Positions 16,237 to 25,310 of a stretch of 64,000 bases of DNA are shown here, piece after piece. Numbering within the stretch: the stretch's first letter is position 1; each line of letters starts with the position of its first letter. Source of the DNA: a virus; IMG/VR virus record IMGVR_UViG_3300032246_001438, positions 1 through 64,000 of that record. The stretch is one strand, 5' to 3'. The translations under genes and the position numbers were made by a program. The notes under the pieces were generated by a model that worked only from the letters and a program-made list of their open reading frames with translations, was not told the DNA's origin and searched no databases.

Positions 16237-16853
16237 TGGGATTTAACCGAGAAGAGTTGGCCCCAGGTATTTGGGCTTATTACGATGTTATGGAAAACCC
16301 ACAAAATTTTATAAGTGACATAGAAGGCCTTGTAGAAATAAAACAGCTTGTTTGGCAACTTGGTACTATTGGAAGTGTTGGCGATACCAGCACTGGTTCT
16401 TATAAAGTTAACACCGATATAAGAGTTGTTGAAACTATCGGTTTGCAAAGTTTTGATAGAAACCCTAGTTTAAGGAACTCTAATTTTGGAGCAGGTATTC
16501 AAGTACACGACCTTTTAAATGAGAAATTGCAGCCAACTATTTTAGATTATGCTACTAATCATGGGTGTCAACCGTACGCTACGGGGGAATCCTGGCAAAT
16601 TTTAAAATATGGTAAAGGCCATCATTTTGAAAACCACGTAGACGATAATAAAAACATGCCTAGAACTTTCTCCATCTCTTACTACTTAAACGATGACTAT
16701 GAGGGTGGGGAGATTGAGTTCCCACGTTTTGGATTAAAGATTAAACCTAAGGCAAATATGGCTATCCTCTTTGCTGCCAATTACGTCTATAATCACAAGA
16801 TATATCCAGTGACTGAGGGCTTGCGTTATACGGTCGTCAACTGGTTTGAGTAA
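16236..16853 (+). CDS. 2OG-Fe(II) oxygenase, prolyl-4-hydroxylase-like
   Basis: HVD...YLNDDYEGGEIEF...H.IYPVTEGLRY facial triad and 2OG-binding Arg. Confidence 0.92.
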   Translation: MGFNREELAPGIWAYYDVMENPQNFISDIEGLVEIKQLVWQLGTIGSVGDTSTGSYKVNTDIRVVETIGLQSFDRNPSLRNSNFGAGIQVHDLLNEKLQPTILDYATNHGCQPYATGESWQILKYGKGHHFENHVDDNKNMPRTFSISYYLNDDYEGGEIEFPRFGLKIKPKANMAILFAANYVYNHKIYPVTEGLRYTVVNWFE

Positions 16854-16862
16854 AACCCCGAG

Positions 16863-16897
16863 TTTCGCCTGACAATAGGTAAATCCTCTTGGAGAAT
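16863..16897 (+). promoter_or_regulatory. Putative late promoter (TTTnnCCTGAC class)
   Basis: CTGACA-N17-GAGAAT; same architecture at 22689 and 25311. Confidence 0.6.
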
Positions 16898-16957
16898 GGT
16901 AACCAGCGCCCCCGATATCAGGCGTTATTACCACTCTAGAGAAAACAGGTACTTTTA

Positions 16958-17905
16958 ATGGCAACAGATACATCAGGTCAGCAAGCCGTTGACTTTGTAT
17001 GGGGTAACTTCCCTATGCAGCCAAATGATGACCGTGCTGCGGCAGTGACCCCAGCAAACATCGGCGGCTCAACAGGCGACTACGCATGGGCAGCTACTAC
17101 ACGTGTAGCAGCAGACCGCTTAGACGCAGCTCTTGACAACCACGCAAACGCAGAAGCAGGTTGGTCAGGATTCCCAGCATTTGTAGCTGGTACAGGCAAT
17201 TACATCATTACAGCAGTTTCAGGTAATGGAACAACTGTTACATACACAGCACAAAACAATCTTGCAGTAGGTGACTCTGTAAACATTACAGGTCTTACAG
17301 CAGGTGCTTACAATCTTTCAGCAGCAACTGTTGCTACAGCAGATGCTCTTAAGTTCACAGTAACTAACGCAGCTAACGCTGGAGCTATTACAGGCCAGTA
17401 CGGCAAGGTTCAGCTAACAACTGCTTTAACAGCAGCTGATGGCGCTGGAATTGGTTACATCAACGTACCTTCAACAATTGGTGACACACTAGCAGTAGCT
17501 CTTGATGAGCTTAAGGATGCTGGTTACGAGACTGCTAATATTACAACTGCAACGGCAGCTACAAACGCAGTTTCAACAATTACAGCAGTTGCACGTACAG
17601 GTACAACAGCAACAATCACCTCAGCAGGTGCTGGTGCTAAGTACCCAGTAGGTACAAGGATTACAGTTGCATCACTTGTTGCACCAAATGATGTACTTAA
17701 CGGTACATACACAGTTACAGCAGTTGCTACAAACACTGTTTCTTACACAACAACAACTTCAGGCACACTTTCAACATCAGGCCTTACAGTTGCTGGTCTT
17801 TCAGGCGTGGCTGGAACAATCAAGACCCAGTCAACAGCAGCGGGTGCAGCAACAATCTCAACAAACGCAACAATCACAATTACACCGTTTGCAACAGTTT
17901 CATAA
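16958..17905 (+). CDS. Ala/Thr-rich virion structural protein with beta-sandwich repeats and a split PASTA-like domain
   Basis: Codon usage like the capsid gene; ITAVSGNGTTVTYT-type repeats; VPSTIG...LKDAG and GTIKTQS halves. Confidence 0.7.
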   Translation: MATDTSGQQAVDFVWGNFPMQPNDDRAAAVTPANIGGSTGDYAWAATTRVAADRLDAALDNHANAEAGWSGFPAFVAGTGNYIITAVSGNGTTVTYTAQNNLAVGDSVNITGLTAGAYNLSAATVATADALKFTVTNAANAGAITGQYGKVQLTTALTAADGAGIGYINVPSTIGDTLAVALDELKDAGYETANITTATAATNAVSTITAVARTGTTATITSAGAGAKYPVGTRITVASLVAPNDVLNGTYTVTAVATNTVSYTTTTSGTLSTSGLTVAGLSGVAGTIKTQSTAAGAATISTNATITITPFATVS

Positions 17906-17918
17906 CCTCAAAACAAAC

Positions 17919-17950
17919 AAAAAGCCCCAGCCAATTGGCTGGGGCTTTTT
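17919..17950. terminator. Bidirectional intrinsic terminator
   Basis: Perfect palindrome AAAAAGCCCCAGCCAATTGGCTGGGGCTTTTT between convergent genes. Confidence 0.9.
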
Positions 17951-17953
17951 TAT

Positions 17954-18262
17954 TTAAATTTTTCGTCTTTTTATCGAATGTCTGTCTTTCTCGTCAGTGC
18001 CCGCCCAAATACCAAGTTCTTGGTTATCAAGCGCCCACTGTAAGCACGGGTTTTGAAAGCTACAACTCCCGCAGACTGTCTTTAGAAACCGTTTGGATTC
18101 TAATAACCGTTCTGGGGCTGGAAAAAACATTTCAGTATCAATTCCTTTGCAGGGTTGGGTACCGTCAAAATTTGGTGCGTTAGTACCACTTGTTATTCTG
18201 CCAGAATCTCCAAGCATTACATGCGCCATTTGGCTCATTTTCACTTCCATATCTTTTTTCAA
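17954..18262 (-). CDS. whiB: WhiB family Fe-S transcription factor (start uncertain)
   Basis: C...FFP...VCGSC...C.QWAL...GIWAGT.EKDR: four Cys plus the GIWAG turn. Confidence 0.93.
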   Translation of the reverse strand: MKKDMEVKMSQMAHVMLGDSGRITSGTNAPNFDGTQPCKGIDTEMFFPAPERLLESKRFLKTVCGSCSFQNPCLQWALDNQELGIWAGTDEKDRHSIKRRKI

Positions 18263-18737
18263 TATAACGAAGCCCGTATTTTATTTGAAGTTGTGCACTT
18301 TCTGTTTTTTCTACCCTGTAGTTGCCCCACGTTGAGGGCATGAACTGTGCAATTCCGTAAGCACCAGAAGACTTATTTAAAGCCTTAGGGTTAAAGTGGC
18401 TCTCTTTAGTCCACAGGTTACGGAGACATGTCCATTCGCCAATTGACCAATCTTTTGTATAGACGGTCAGAAAAGCGAGCGCTTCAGCGTCAAAGTATTT
18501 GACGGTGTCACTTGCCAAGGCGGCCTTGGCTGCTGATTTTGTTGTTACTACTTTAAGGCGGGAAAGCGATACGGTTATAGGCTTTTCATTGGCTACCAAG
18601 AATTTCTGCTCGGCATCCTTTGTACTGCTTAGTGCGTATGCTGGGGTAACTATATGTGACAAGATTAAAAACCCTGCCATTACAGCTGCTCCTACCTTCT
18701 TTAAATCAACTGTTAGATTGATTCTGATATTAAGCAT
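18180..18737 (-). CDS. Secreted lytic transglycosylase (SLT/Rpf-like)
   Basis: N-terminal signal/TM; CL..LWTKES.FNPKA.N.SSGAYGIAQ...QIKYGLRYI..RYG...C.AW...WY; GAGGAG RBS. Confidence 0.9.
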   Translation of the reverse strand: MLNIRINLTVDLKKVGAAVMAGFLILSHIVTPAYALSSTKDAEQKFLVANEKPITVSLSRLKVVTTKSAAKAALASDTVKYFDAEALAFLTVYTKDWSIGEWTCLRNLWTKESHFNPKALNKSSGAYGIAQFMPSTWGNYRVEKTESAQLQIKYGLRYIEKRYGSENEPNGACNAWRFWQNNKWY

Positions 18738-18758
18738 TTGATTGCTCCTCTCAGTGCG

Positions 18759-18822
18759 AAAAGCCACCATCACTGGTGGCTTATCACCTACAAGGTTGCC
18801 ACAGCCTTACAGGGTAAGTCAA
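18759..18822 (-). promoter_or_regulatory. Promoter plus terminator-like leader hairpin of the SLT-whiB operon
   Basis: TTGACT-N18-CAACCT, then AAGCCACCA-GTGA-TGGTGGCTT-TT before the RBS. Confidence 0.55.
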
Positions 18823-18965
18823 GTGCAAACAGGAAAATTTAAATATTTTTATTTTAATGAGACAAATAGGGTATTTACCTATTTAATTGTGTATTACATC
18901 ACGCTTGTTTTTATCATATGGACGACATAACGCGCTAATCAAATTTAAACTAGGATTGGTATATT

Positions 18966-19211
18966 ATGTCATTAGCAGAGTGGGCTGGCACATTAGCTGG
19001 ATTTGCAGCTTTTGGTGCAACTATAATTGCAGCCACATCATGGGTATTAAAATCATACCTAAAGAATTTTGTACATGAGCTTAAGCCCAACGGCGGAAGC
19101 TCGATGAAAGATACCGTCAATAAAATTCATACTGAGATGGTAGACCTACGCATCTCTGTTGCTCGTCTTGAGGGTCGCTTTACACAGCACCTAGACGAAA
19201 TCGAAAAGTAG
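18966..19211 (+). CDS. Membrane protein with coiled coil (actinophage lysis-cassette type)
   Basis: N-terminal TM, ELKPNGGSSMKD motif. Confidence 0.8.
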   Translation: MSLAEWAGTLAGFAAFGATIIAATSWVLKSYLKNFVHELKPNGGSSMKDTVNKIHTEMVDLRISVARLEGRFTQHLDEIEK

Positions 19212-19258
19212 GAGTACTCTTTTACTATCCCCACACACATAGGGATAAAAGGAGAAAC

Positions 19259-19453
19259 ATGAATAAAGAACAACTTATATCAGCTCTTGGTACTTATTTA
19301 CGTGCCTCAGCTGCGTCAGTCGCTGCTCTGTACATGAGCGGGATTTCAGACCCAAAGACCCTGCTAAATGCTTTCATTGCTGGTCTAGTCGGTCCACTTG
19401 CTAAGGCGTTAAATCCTAAGGATAAGGCGTACGGAATCGGCTCTACTAAGTAG
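19259..19453 (+). CDS. Holin
   Basis: 64 aa, two TM segments, ALNPKD..YG C-terminus. Confidence 0.75.
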   Translation: MNKEQLISALGTYLRASAASVAALYMSGISDPKTLLNAFIAGLVGPLAKALNPKDKAYGIGSTK

Positions 19454-19500
19454 AATAAGGGGAGGCGGGTAACTCCGCCTCCCACTATTAGGAGGATATT

Positions 19501-19734
19501 ATGGCAAACGTAAAATGCGACAACTGTGAAACTAATGCAGACTATACCTGCGCTGACCCTGGCGTAAACCCAGTTAACTACTGCTCTACTTGTTTGCCAG
19601 CATGGCTACGTGACCGCGCTAACTTGGGTCACTTCCCATTAGTAGAAGCTATTGATGAAAAGCCTGCTGATAAATCTGCAAAGAAAAAAGCAGAACCAAA
19701 AGCGGACGAAGTAGCCGCGGATGAAAGTAACTAG
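19501..19734 (+). CDS. Small zinc-binding protein
   Basis: CDNC...YCSTC. Confidence 0.75.
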   Translation: MANVKCDNCETNADYTCADPGVNPVNYCSTCLPAWLRDRANLGHFPLVEAIDEKPADKSAKKKAEPKADEVAADESN

Positions 19735-19984
19735 ACGACAAGCAGTTCAAGTTCATCCAGTTCCAGATTCAGTCATAAATCCGCAAGGACCTTTCCCAAG
19801 CGAACTATTTAGGGAATCCCGAATAGTTACTGATTATGACTCTCCTCAAGATGAGGATGGCTCAGACTTTGAATTAGGCGCTACTGCCCAAAATAATTAC
19901 AACCCACCTAAGTATCTTCGCTGCGCTCGTTGTTTTGCACGTGTTTTAGAGACTGAGACTCAGTTACATAGCTGTGAGGAATAA
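19721..19984 (+). CDS. Hypothetical protein with C-terminal CxxC...HxC
   Basis: RCARC...LHSC. Confidence 0.75.
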   Translation: MKVTRRQAVQVHPVPDSVINPQGPFPSELFRESRIVTDYDSPQDEDGSDFELGATAQNNYNPPKYLRCARCFARVLETETQLHSCEE

Positions 19985-20442
19985 TGGCTACAAAAAAACA
20001 AAAAGAAACGATGTCGGCTCGTTTTAAAGAAGTTAGCGACGAATTACAAAGAAAAAACGATTTTGACTCTCGAGTTCCAAAAGATGTTACTGAAGCGGGT
20101 ACTAAACTAGAGACAGCACCTACCAGTAATCCGCCAAGGCCACGAGCAAAAAGTATTGGGTACAACGCTACTTCTAGAACTCTTTATGTTGTATTTAGAG
20201 ACAACACTTGGTGGGAATACAGAAACGTGCCTACACAAATATGGGTAGGACTTCAAAATTCTTCATCTACTGGAAAATACTTAAAATCATCTGGTTTAGA
20301 TACTTGGTCTGATATGGGACCAGCAAACTTAGACACAATGTCTACAGAAGCTAAAACACGAATGAGTGATAACGCATCTAAAGCTGATAAAATTCAAGGA
20401 CTGCCCACTTTAGACAACTATCTGTTTGGACCCAGAAACTAA
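19984..20442 (+). CDS. KTSC domain protein
   Basis: SIGYN..SRTLYVVFRD...EYRNVP..IW..L....STGKYL. Confidence 0.85.
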   Translation: MATKKQKETMSARFKEVSDELQRKNDFDSRVPKDVTEAGTKLETAPTSNPPRPRAKSIGYNATSRTLYVVFRDNTWWEYRNVPTQIWVGLQNSSSTGKYLKSSGLDTWSDMGPANLDTMSTEAKTRMSDNASKADKIQGLPTLDNYLFGPRN

Positions 20443-20443
20443 G

Positions 20444-20734
20444 ATGAAATCATACGGACCACTATACGGAGGAACTTTAAGGTACTGGCACAAGAAAGCT
20501 TTACCTGTACTTGAGGTGGGAACCACACAAGAAATTGAACACCCATACCGTTTAGGCAAATGCCTAGTTTTTAGAGTACCATTTACAAACCCTGGTTTCT
20601 ATTTTGGGGTTTGGATTAATAACCCAAACGTTAACCCTGATGATGACGCAAGGGTAGATGAGATATTAAAAGGAGCTATGAGAGGGCGAACTGCCTGGAA
20701 ACCAGAGGACGGGGCATATGATGAGTTTTTTTAA
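20444..20734 (+). CDS. Hypothetical protein
   Basis: ORF in operon; start revised to ATG 20444. Confidence 0.7.
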   Translation: MKSYGPLYGGTLRYWHKKALPVLEVGTTQEIEHPYRLGKCLVFRVPFTNPGFYFGVWINNPNVNPDDDARVDEILKGAMRGRTAWKPEDGAYDEFF

Positions 20735-20966
20735 AGATAAAGAGCCATGGGTAAAACCATTTTCTGAAAAAGTGGCAAGACGTGTATCTAAGATACCTAC
20801 TGGTGAATTAGAAATGTGGTCAGAACAGGCCCTAATTGATATATCTAGATGTCTATCGTCTTACTCTAAAAATAGAGACATGGTATTTTTAAATGAAGCT
20901 TTGCAAGGTTCCGAAGCTTTGCACGCCGTTGTCAACGAGTTGCACACCAGAATGAAAAGCCGTTAA
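20718..20966 (+). CDS. Hypothetical helical protein upstream of terL
   Basis: 82 aa; small-terminase candidate by position only. Confidence 0.65.
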   Translation: MMSFFKDKEPWVKPFSEKVARRVSKIPTGELEMWSEQALIDISRCLSSYSKNRDMVFLNEALQGSEALHAVVNELHTRMKSR

Positions 20967-20999
20967 ATCTATTTGTCGATTTTATGCTAAACTTTGTTC

Positions 21000-21070
21000 T
21001 GCCTCTCTTCCTCTCCCCGTGTGGTGGCATCAAAAGGTCCTGGGTATAACTGCCCAGGCTTTTTGTTTTC
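21000..21070 (+). ncRNA. Candidate ~70-nt small RNA with CU-rich loop
   Basis: Extended -10 TGcTAAACT at 20985-20993, CU-rich tract, terminator CCTGGG/CCCAGG plus T-tract; no ORF. Confidence 0.45.
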
Positions 21071-21088
21071 TATTAAACTAAGGTTAAT

Positions 21089-22681
21089 ATGGACAACAAT
21101 ATTGTTTTAGAAGAAGATGACGAAGAGTTTTTCCCTGAGGATGAACTCGAAGACGATGACGCCCTTCCCGAAGAAGAGGAAGAAGAACTTGATGAGTTAT
21201 CTAAAGAGTTTGTTAAAAAACTAGTTGACCGTTGCATTCAATTTATGGATGCTCTTGTAGGTCACACCCTTCACCCCTATCAAATGCCGCTTGCTCGCCG
21301 CATTATTGAATCTGTACTTATTAATGATGGTGAAGAAATAACCGCACTTGCTGCACGTCAGTCAGGTAAATCAGAAACTATTGCTAACACTGTAGCTACA
21401 CTTATGGTACTTCTTCCAAGACTTGCAAAAATGTACCCAGACCTACTTGGTAAGTTTGAAAATGGTATTTGGATTGGTATGTTTGCTCCTGTTGAAGGTC
21501 AGGTAGAAACCCTTTTTGGTCGTACTGTTAATCGTCTTACATCAGAGCGAGCGCTTGAGATTCTTGGTGACCCAGAGATTGATGACTCGTTAGGTAAAGT
21601 TCCTGGTGTTACACGACAGATTAAATTAAAGAACTCTGGTTCATCTTTAATGATGATGACAGCTAACCCTAGAGCTAAAATTGAATCTAAGTCTTTCCAT
21701 CTTATTGTTATTGATGAGTGCCAAGAAGCAGACGACTTTGTGGTATCTAAGTCTATTTCACCTATGTTGGCGTATTACTCAGGAACAATGGTGAAGACTG
21801 GCACTCCTACTACTCATAAGAATAACTTCTATCGTTCGATACAATTAAATAAACGTCGTCAAACAGGTACACGAGCACGGCAGAACCACTTTGAGTGGGA
21901 TTACCGAGACGTATCTAAGTGCAACGCTAATTACGCAAAGTTTATTAAAAAAGAGATGCTTCGTATTGGAGAGGACTCAGATGAATTCCAAATGTCCTAC
22001 TGTTGTAAATGGTTGCTGGAGAGAGGGATGTTCGTCACATCCACAATCATGGACGAACTTGGAGACACCTCACAAGAGTTGGTTAAAGCTTGGCATCGTT
22101 CTCCAGTTGTGGTCGGCATCGACCCCGCTCGCAAATTGGACTCGACGGTCGTCACGGTGGTCTGGGTAGACTGGGATAGGCCAGATGAGTTTGGATACTA
22201 CGACCATAGAGTTTTAAATTGGTTAGAGATTCAAGGCGATGACTGGGAAGACCAGTATTTTCAAATAGTTAACTTTCTTGGAAGTTACGATGTACTTAGT
22301 GTAGGTGTTGACGCTAACGGTGTGGGTGACGCAGTTGCTCAAAGATTACGGTTGTTACTTCCTAGAGCCGAAGTGCATTCAATTGGCAGTAGCCAACCAG
22401 AACAATCAAAACGTTGGAAACACCTTAAAGCGTTAATTGACCGACGTATGGTTGGTTGGCCTGCTCACGCAAAAACACGACGGTTACGTACTTGGAAGCG
22501 GTTTTACCAACAAATGACAGATTTAGAAACCAAGTTTACTGGTCCTAACTTTCTTGCCCATGCCCCAGATGAAGCCCATGCCCACGATGACTATGCCGAT
22601 AGCCTAGCTATTGCTTGTGCACTAACCCTAGATTTAACCATGCCTATGGTTGAGGTCTCTAGCTCTCCATTCTTTAAATAG
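21089..22681 (+). CDS. terL: Terminase large subunit
   Basis: Walker A ARQSGKS, Walker B LIVIDE, TGTP, nuclease GIDPA...HDDYADS; acidic N-terminal tract. Confidence 0.95.
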   Translation: MDNNIVLEEDDEEFFPEDELEDDDALPEEEEEELDELSKEFVKKLVDRCIQFMDALVGHTLHPYQMPLARRIIESVLINDGEEITALAARQSGKSETIANTVATLMVLLPRLAKMYPDLLGKFENGIWIGMFAPVEGQVETLFGRTVNRLTSERALEILGDPEIDDSLGKVPGVTRQIKLKNSGSSLMMMTANPRAKIESKSFHLIVIDECQEADDFVVSKSISPMLAYYSGTMVKTGTPTTHKNNFYRSIQLNKRRQTGTRARQNHFEWDYRDVSKCNANYAKFIKKEMLRIGEDSDEFQMSYCCKWLLERGMFVTSTIMDELGDTSQELVKAWHRSPVVVGIDPARKLDSTVVTVVWVDWDRPDEFGYYDHRVLNWLEIQGDDWEDQYFQIVNFLGSYDVLSVGVDANGVGDAVAQRLRLLLPRAEVHSIGSSQPEQSKRWKHLKALIDRRMVGWPAHAKTRRLRTWKRFYQQMTDLETKFTGPNFLAHAPDEAHAHDDYADSLAIACALTLDLTMPMVEVSSSPFFK

Positions 22682-22688
22682 TCGTTAC

Positions 22689-22723
22689 TTTAGCCTGACT
22701 TTAGATTCAAATCGCAGGATACT
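22689..22723 (+). promoter_or_regulatory. Putative late promoter
   Basis: TTTAGCCTGACT-N17-GATACT. Confidence 0.6.
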
Positions 22724-22762
22724 TTTCTACGAGGTCCTCAACCCTTATAAGGAGTAATAAAA

Positions 22763-23161
22763 ATGGCAATTGCCCCAACACCAAAGTTTCCTGAACGTCC
22801 AGGCAACACTTACGACCGTAAGATGTCCCCTGCAACTCCAGGACAACGCGGCCCTCTTCGCTTTGAAGAAGGTCTTGCAACAGACACCGACATTCCACAG
22901 GAATTTACTAACGGTGCAATGCAGGGATACGAACCTGCAGCAGGTCGTCCTAACCGTAACAAGCCAGTCCACACAAAGACAGCTGAAGAAACAATGCGCG
23001 AGCGTGCTCACGTAGGTTCAGCAGCTTGGGTAGAAGCACCAGCAAACTTGTCAGAATTTTCTGCTGGCGCATTTGCTGACCATGGCGATAACCGCTTTGA
23101 GGAAGTTTTCCGCAGCGGCGCTAATCAAAAAGCATCTAACCCTTCAGTCGTAAACGATTAA
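22763..23161 (+). CDS. Hypothetical head-module protein
   Basis: AAGGAG RBS, between terL and portal. Confidence 0.8.
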   Translation: MAIAPTPKFPERPGNTYDRKMSPATPGQRGPLRFEEGLATDTDIPQEFTNGAMQGYEPAAGRPNRNKPVHTKTAEETMRERAHVGSAAWVEAPANLSEFSAGAFADHGDNRFEEVFRSGANQKASNPSVVND

Positions 23162-23168
23162 TTAGGTT

Positions 23169-23216
23169 TCCTACCCCCGTTTTTCTACAGGCGTTTAACA
23201 TACCTGGCGGGGGTAG
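23169..23216 (+). terminator. Extended GC-rich hairpin after 23161
   Basis: CCTACCCCCG...CGGGGGTAGG with inner CAGG/CCTG stem. Confidence 0.55.
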
Positions 23217-23242
23217 GTTCCTTATTTATAAAAGGATTTGAT

Positions 23243-23548
23243 ATGGCATTAATTAGAGGTAAAGAAGTAAAAGAAACGGAAAAACGGGAAGCCGCTAATC
23301 CTAAACTTTGGAACATGATTACTGCTCAAGCAGGGACAAAATTTTCTAAAAACTCTCCCGCCCGAGGTCACTGGATTCATGCCAGATACAACCAAATGGG
23401 CGGTCAATACGTTAAATCTAAAAAAGAGGTGGACCCCCGTTTTAGAGATTACACACACGAAGCATTAGAGAAAAAAGAAGAGTCAGAAAAAAAGAAGGTC
23501 ACTAAGCCAGTTGCTAAAAAAGTTTTAAGCAAAAAGCGCTTTAGCTAA
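23243..23548 (+). CDS. Basic hypothetical protein
   Basis: ANPKLW...KF...SP...W...Y..MGG; Lys-rich tail. Confidence 0.8.
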   Translation: MALIRGKEVKETEKREAANPKLWNMITAQAGTKFSKNSPARGHWIHARYNQMGGQYVKSKKEVDPRFRDYTHEALEKKEESEKKKVTKPVAKKVLSKKRFS

Positions 23549-23600
23549 ATTTACTATTCGTGGTATTCTTAGCGCCTCTTAAGTTAGAAACAGGTGAGTT

Positions 23601-25307
23601 TTGAGCGGTATTGATTTTTCGCCTCCCTCATACAGGGCTGCATCTAGCGACCTTACAATATCTATCTCTCCCCTTGGATTGGTGGAACTAGCAGATGAAG
23701 AGTTCGAAGTTCACGGCCCTCGTCTTAATCGCTATTCTCTTAACTGGGCCATGTATCTTGGTCATCACTATTCTTACCGCCGTCAAGTAGGCGAATCACA
23801 ATTAGTTCTTAACTATTTCCGCGCTTTTTCAGATTTTATTATTAACTTTACTTTTGGTAAAGGTGTTAACTTCCGCTCACCAAAAGAAACAGAAGCTATT
23901 GTTCCCGACCTTCTTGAAAGAGTATGGGAAGTAGATAACAATAAAGCTACAGTATTGTGGGAAATGGGTCAGCAAGGCGCTGTATCTGGAGACTGTTTTG
24001 TTAAGGTTGCCTACGAAGAGCCTTGGACAGACCCTTCAGGAATGCAACATCCAGGTCGCGTACGCATCCTTCCACTTAACGCGTCTTTTTGTTTTCCAGA
24101 GTTTCACCCGCATGACCGCGAACGTTTAATACGTTTTAAATTAAAGTACCGTTTCTGGGGCACATCTCTTGAAGGTACACGTCAGGTATTTACTTACACT
24201 GAAATCCTTACAGAAGATGTGATTGAGGAATACATCAACGATGAACTTATTGATTCTCGCCCTAACCCGCTTGGCACTATTCCCATTATTCATATCCCTA
24301 ATATTCGTATTAGTGGTTCTCCTTGGGGTCTCTCTGATTGTCACGACGTTATTAATATCAATCGTACTTATAATGAAACTGCTACTGATATCGCTGACAT
24401 CGTTAACTACCATGCTGCGCCCGTCACGGTCATCATCGGTGCTAAGGCTTCTCAGCTTGAAAAGGGCGCTAACAAAGTCTGGGGTGGTCTACCAAAAGAC
24501 GCAAGAGTAGAGAACCTAGAAGGTGGAGCACAGGGTCTTAAAGGCGCTATGGAGTTCTTAGCTATGCTCAAGAAGTCCATGCATGAAATGATTGGTATTC
24601 CTGAGACCGCTCTTGGTCAAGCACAGCCTATCTCTAACACATCAGGCGTTGCGCTATCTATCCAGTTCCAGCCTTTGATGAACCGCTACCACCAAAAGAT
24701 TATTCAATATGCACGTGGCCTAGAACGAGTTAACGAGTTAATTTTACGTAGCCTTGCAGTTAAAGAACCAGAAACCTTTACCTGGAACCCAGAATCAGAT
24801 GTTAAGTTGAAAAAGGGACAAGTTGCTCAACTAGACCCTAATGACCCCATCACATACCTTTCATATGTACATTTCCCACAGCCTCTGCCATTAGATAAGT
24901 TAATTGCTCTTAATGAGGTTCAATCTATGCTTTCTCTTGGTCTTGAGTCTAAAGAAGGCGCACTTAGAACTCTTGGAGAAGAGTTCCCTGCTGCAAAACT
25001 TAATGAGATTCGTCAAGAACTTCTTGATGACGCTACCGCTGACGGAGCGCTTAAGTTGCTACAAACTCAAATTGAACAAGAAATTGCAGAATTAACAGGA
25101 ACTATGCCAAATCCAGAAACTGGTGGTGCCCCAGGCGCTCCAAGCGCAACTGGTAAACCAGGCGCTCCTGCTGTATTACCACCAACAATAGATGGCGCAC
25201 TAGCAGCCGCGGACATGGGTGAAGCCGACCTCCGCAACAAGCTAGTAACAGAAGCTTATGGAACAGTCCTCCCTCAGAGGCGCGTTCCAGAAGAGTACGA
25301 AAAATAG
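23601..25307 (+). CDS. Portal protein (SPP1 gp6-like)
   Basis: Position; NPLGTIPIIHIPN...WGLSD, SNTSGVAL motifs. Confidence 0.92.
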   Translation: MSGIDFSPPSYRAASSDLTISISPLGLVELADEEFEVHGPRLNRYSLNWAMYLGHHYSYRRQVGESQLVLNYFRAFSDFIINFTFGKGVNFRSPKETEAIVPDLLERVWEVDNNKATVLWEMGQQGAVSGDCFVKVAYEEPWTDPSGMQHPGRVRILPLNASFCFPEFHPHDRERLIRFKLKYRFWGTSLEGTRQVFTYTEILTEDVIEEYINDELIDSRPNPLGTIPIIHIPNIRISGSPWGLSDCHDVININRTYNETATDIADIVNYHAAPVTVIIGAKASQLEKGANKVWGGLPKDARVENLEGGAQGLKGAMEFLAMLKKSMHEMIGIPETALGQAQPISNTSGVALSIQFQPLMNRYHQKIIQYARGLERVNELILRSLAVKEPETFTWNPESDVKLKKGQVAQLDPNDPITYLSYVHFPQPLPLDKLIALNEVQSMLSLGLESKEGALRTLGEEFPAAKLNEIRQELLDDATADGALKLLQTQIEQEIAELTGTMPNPETGGAPGAPSATGKPGAPAVLPPTIDGALAAADMGEADLRNKLVTEAYGTVLPQRRVPEEYEK

Positions 25308-25310
25308 TCG

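Noticed and set aside
18738-18960. c-di-AMP (ydaO) riboswitch upstream of the Rpf-like gene
   Set aside because: The predicted leader is only about 50 nt with a single hairpin, and the conserved riboswitch motifs were not seen.
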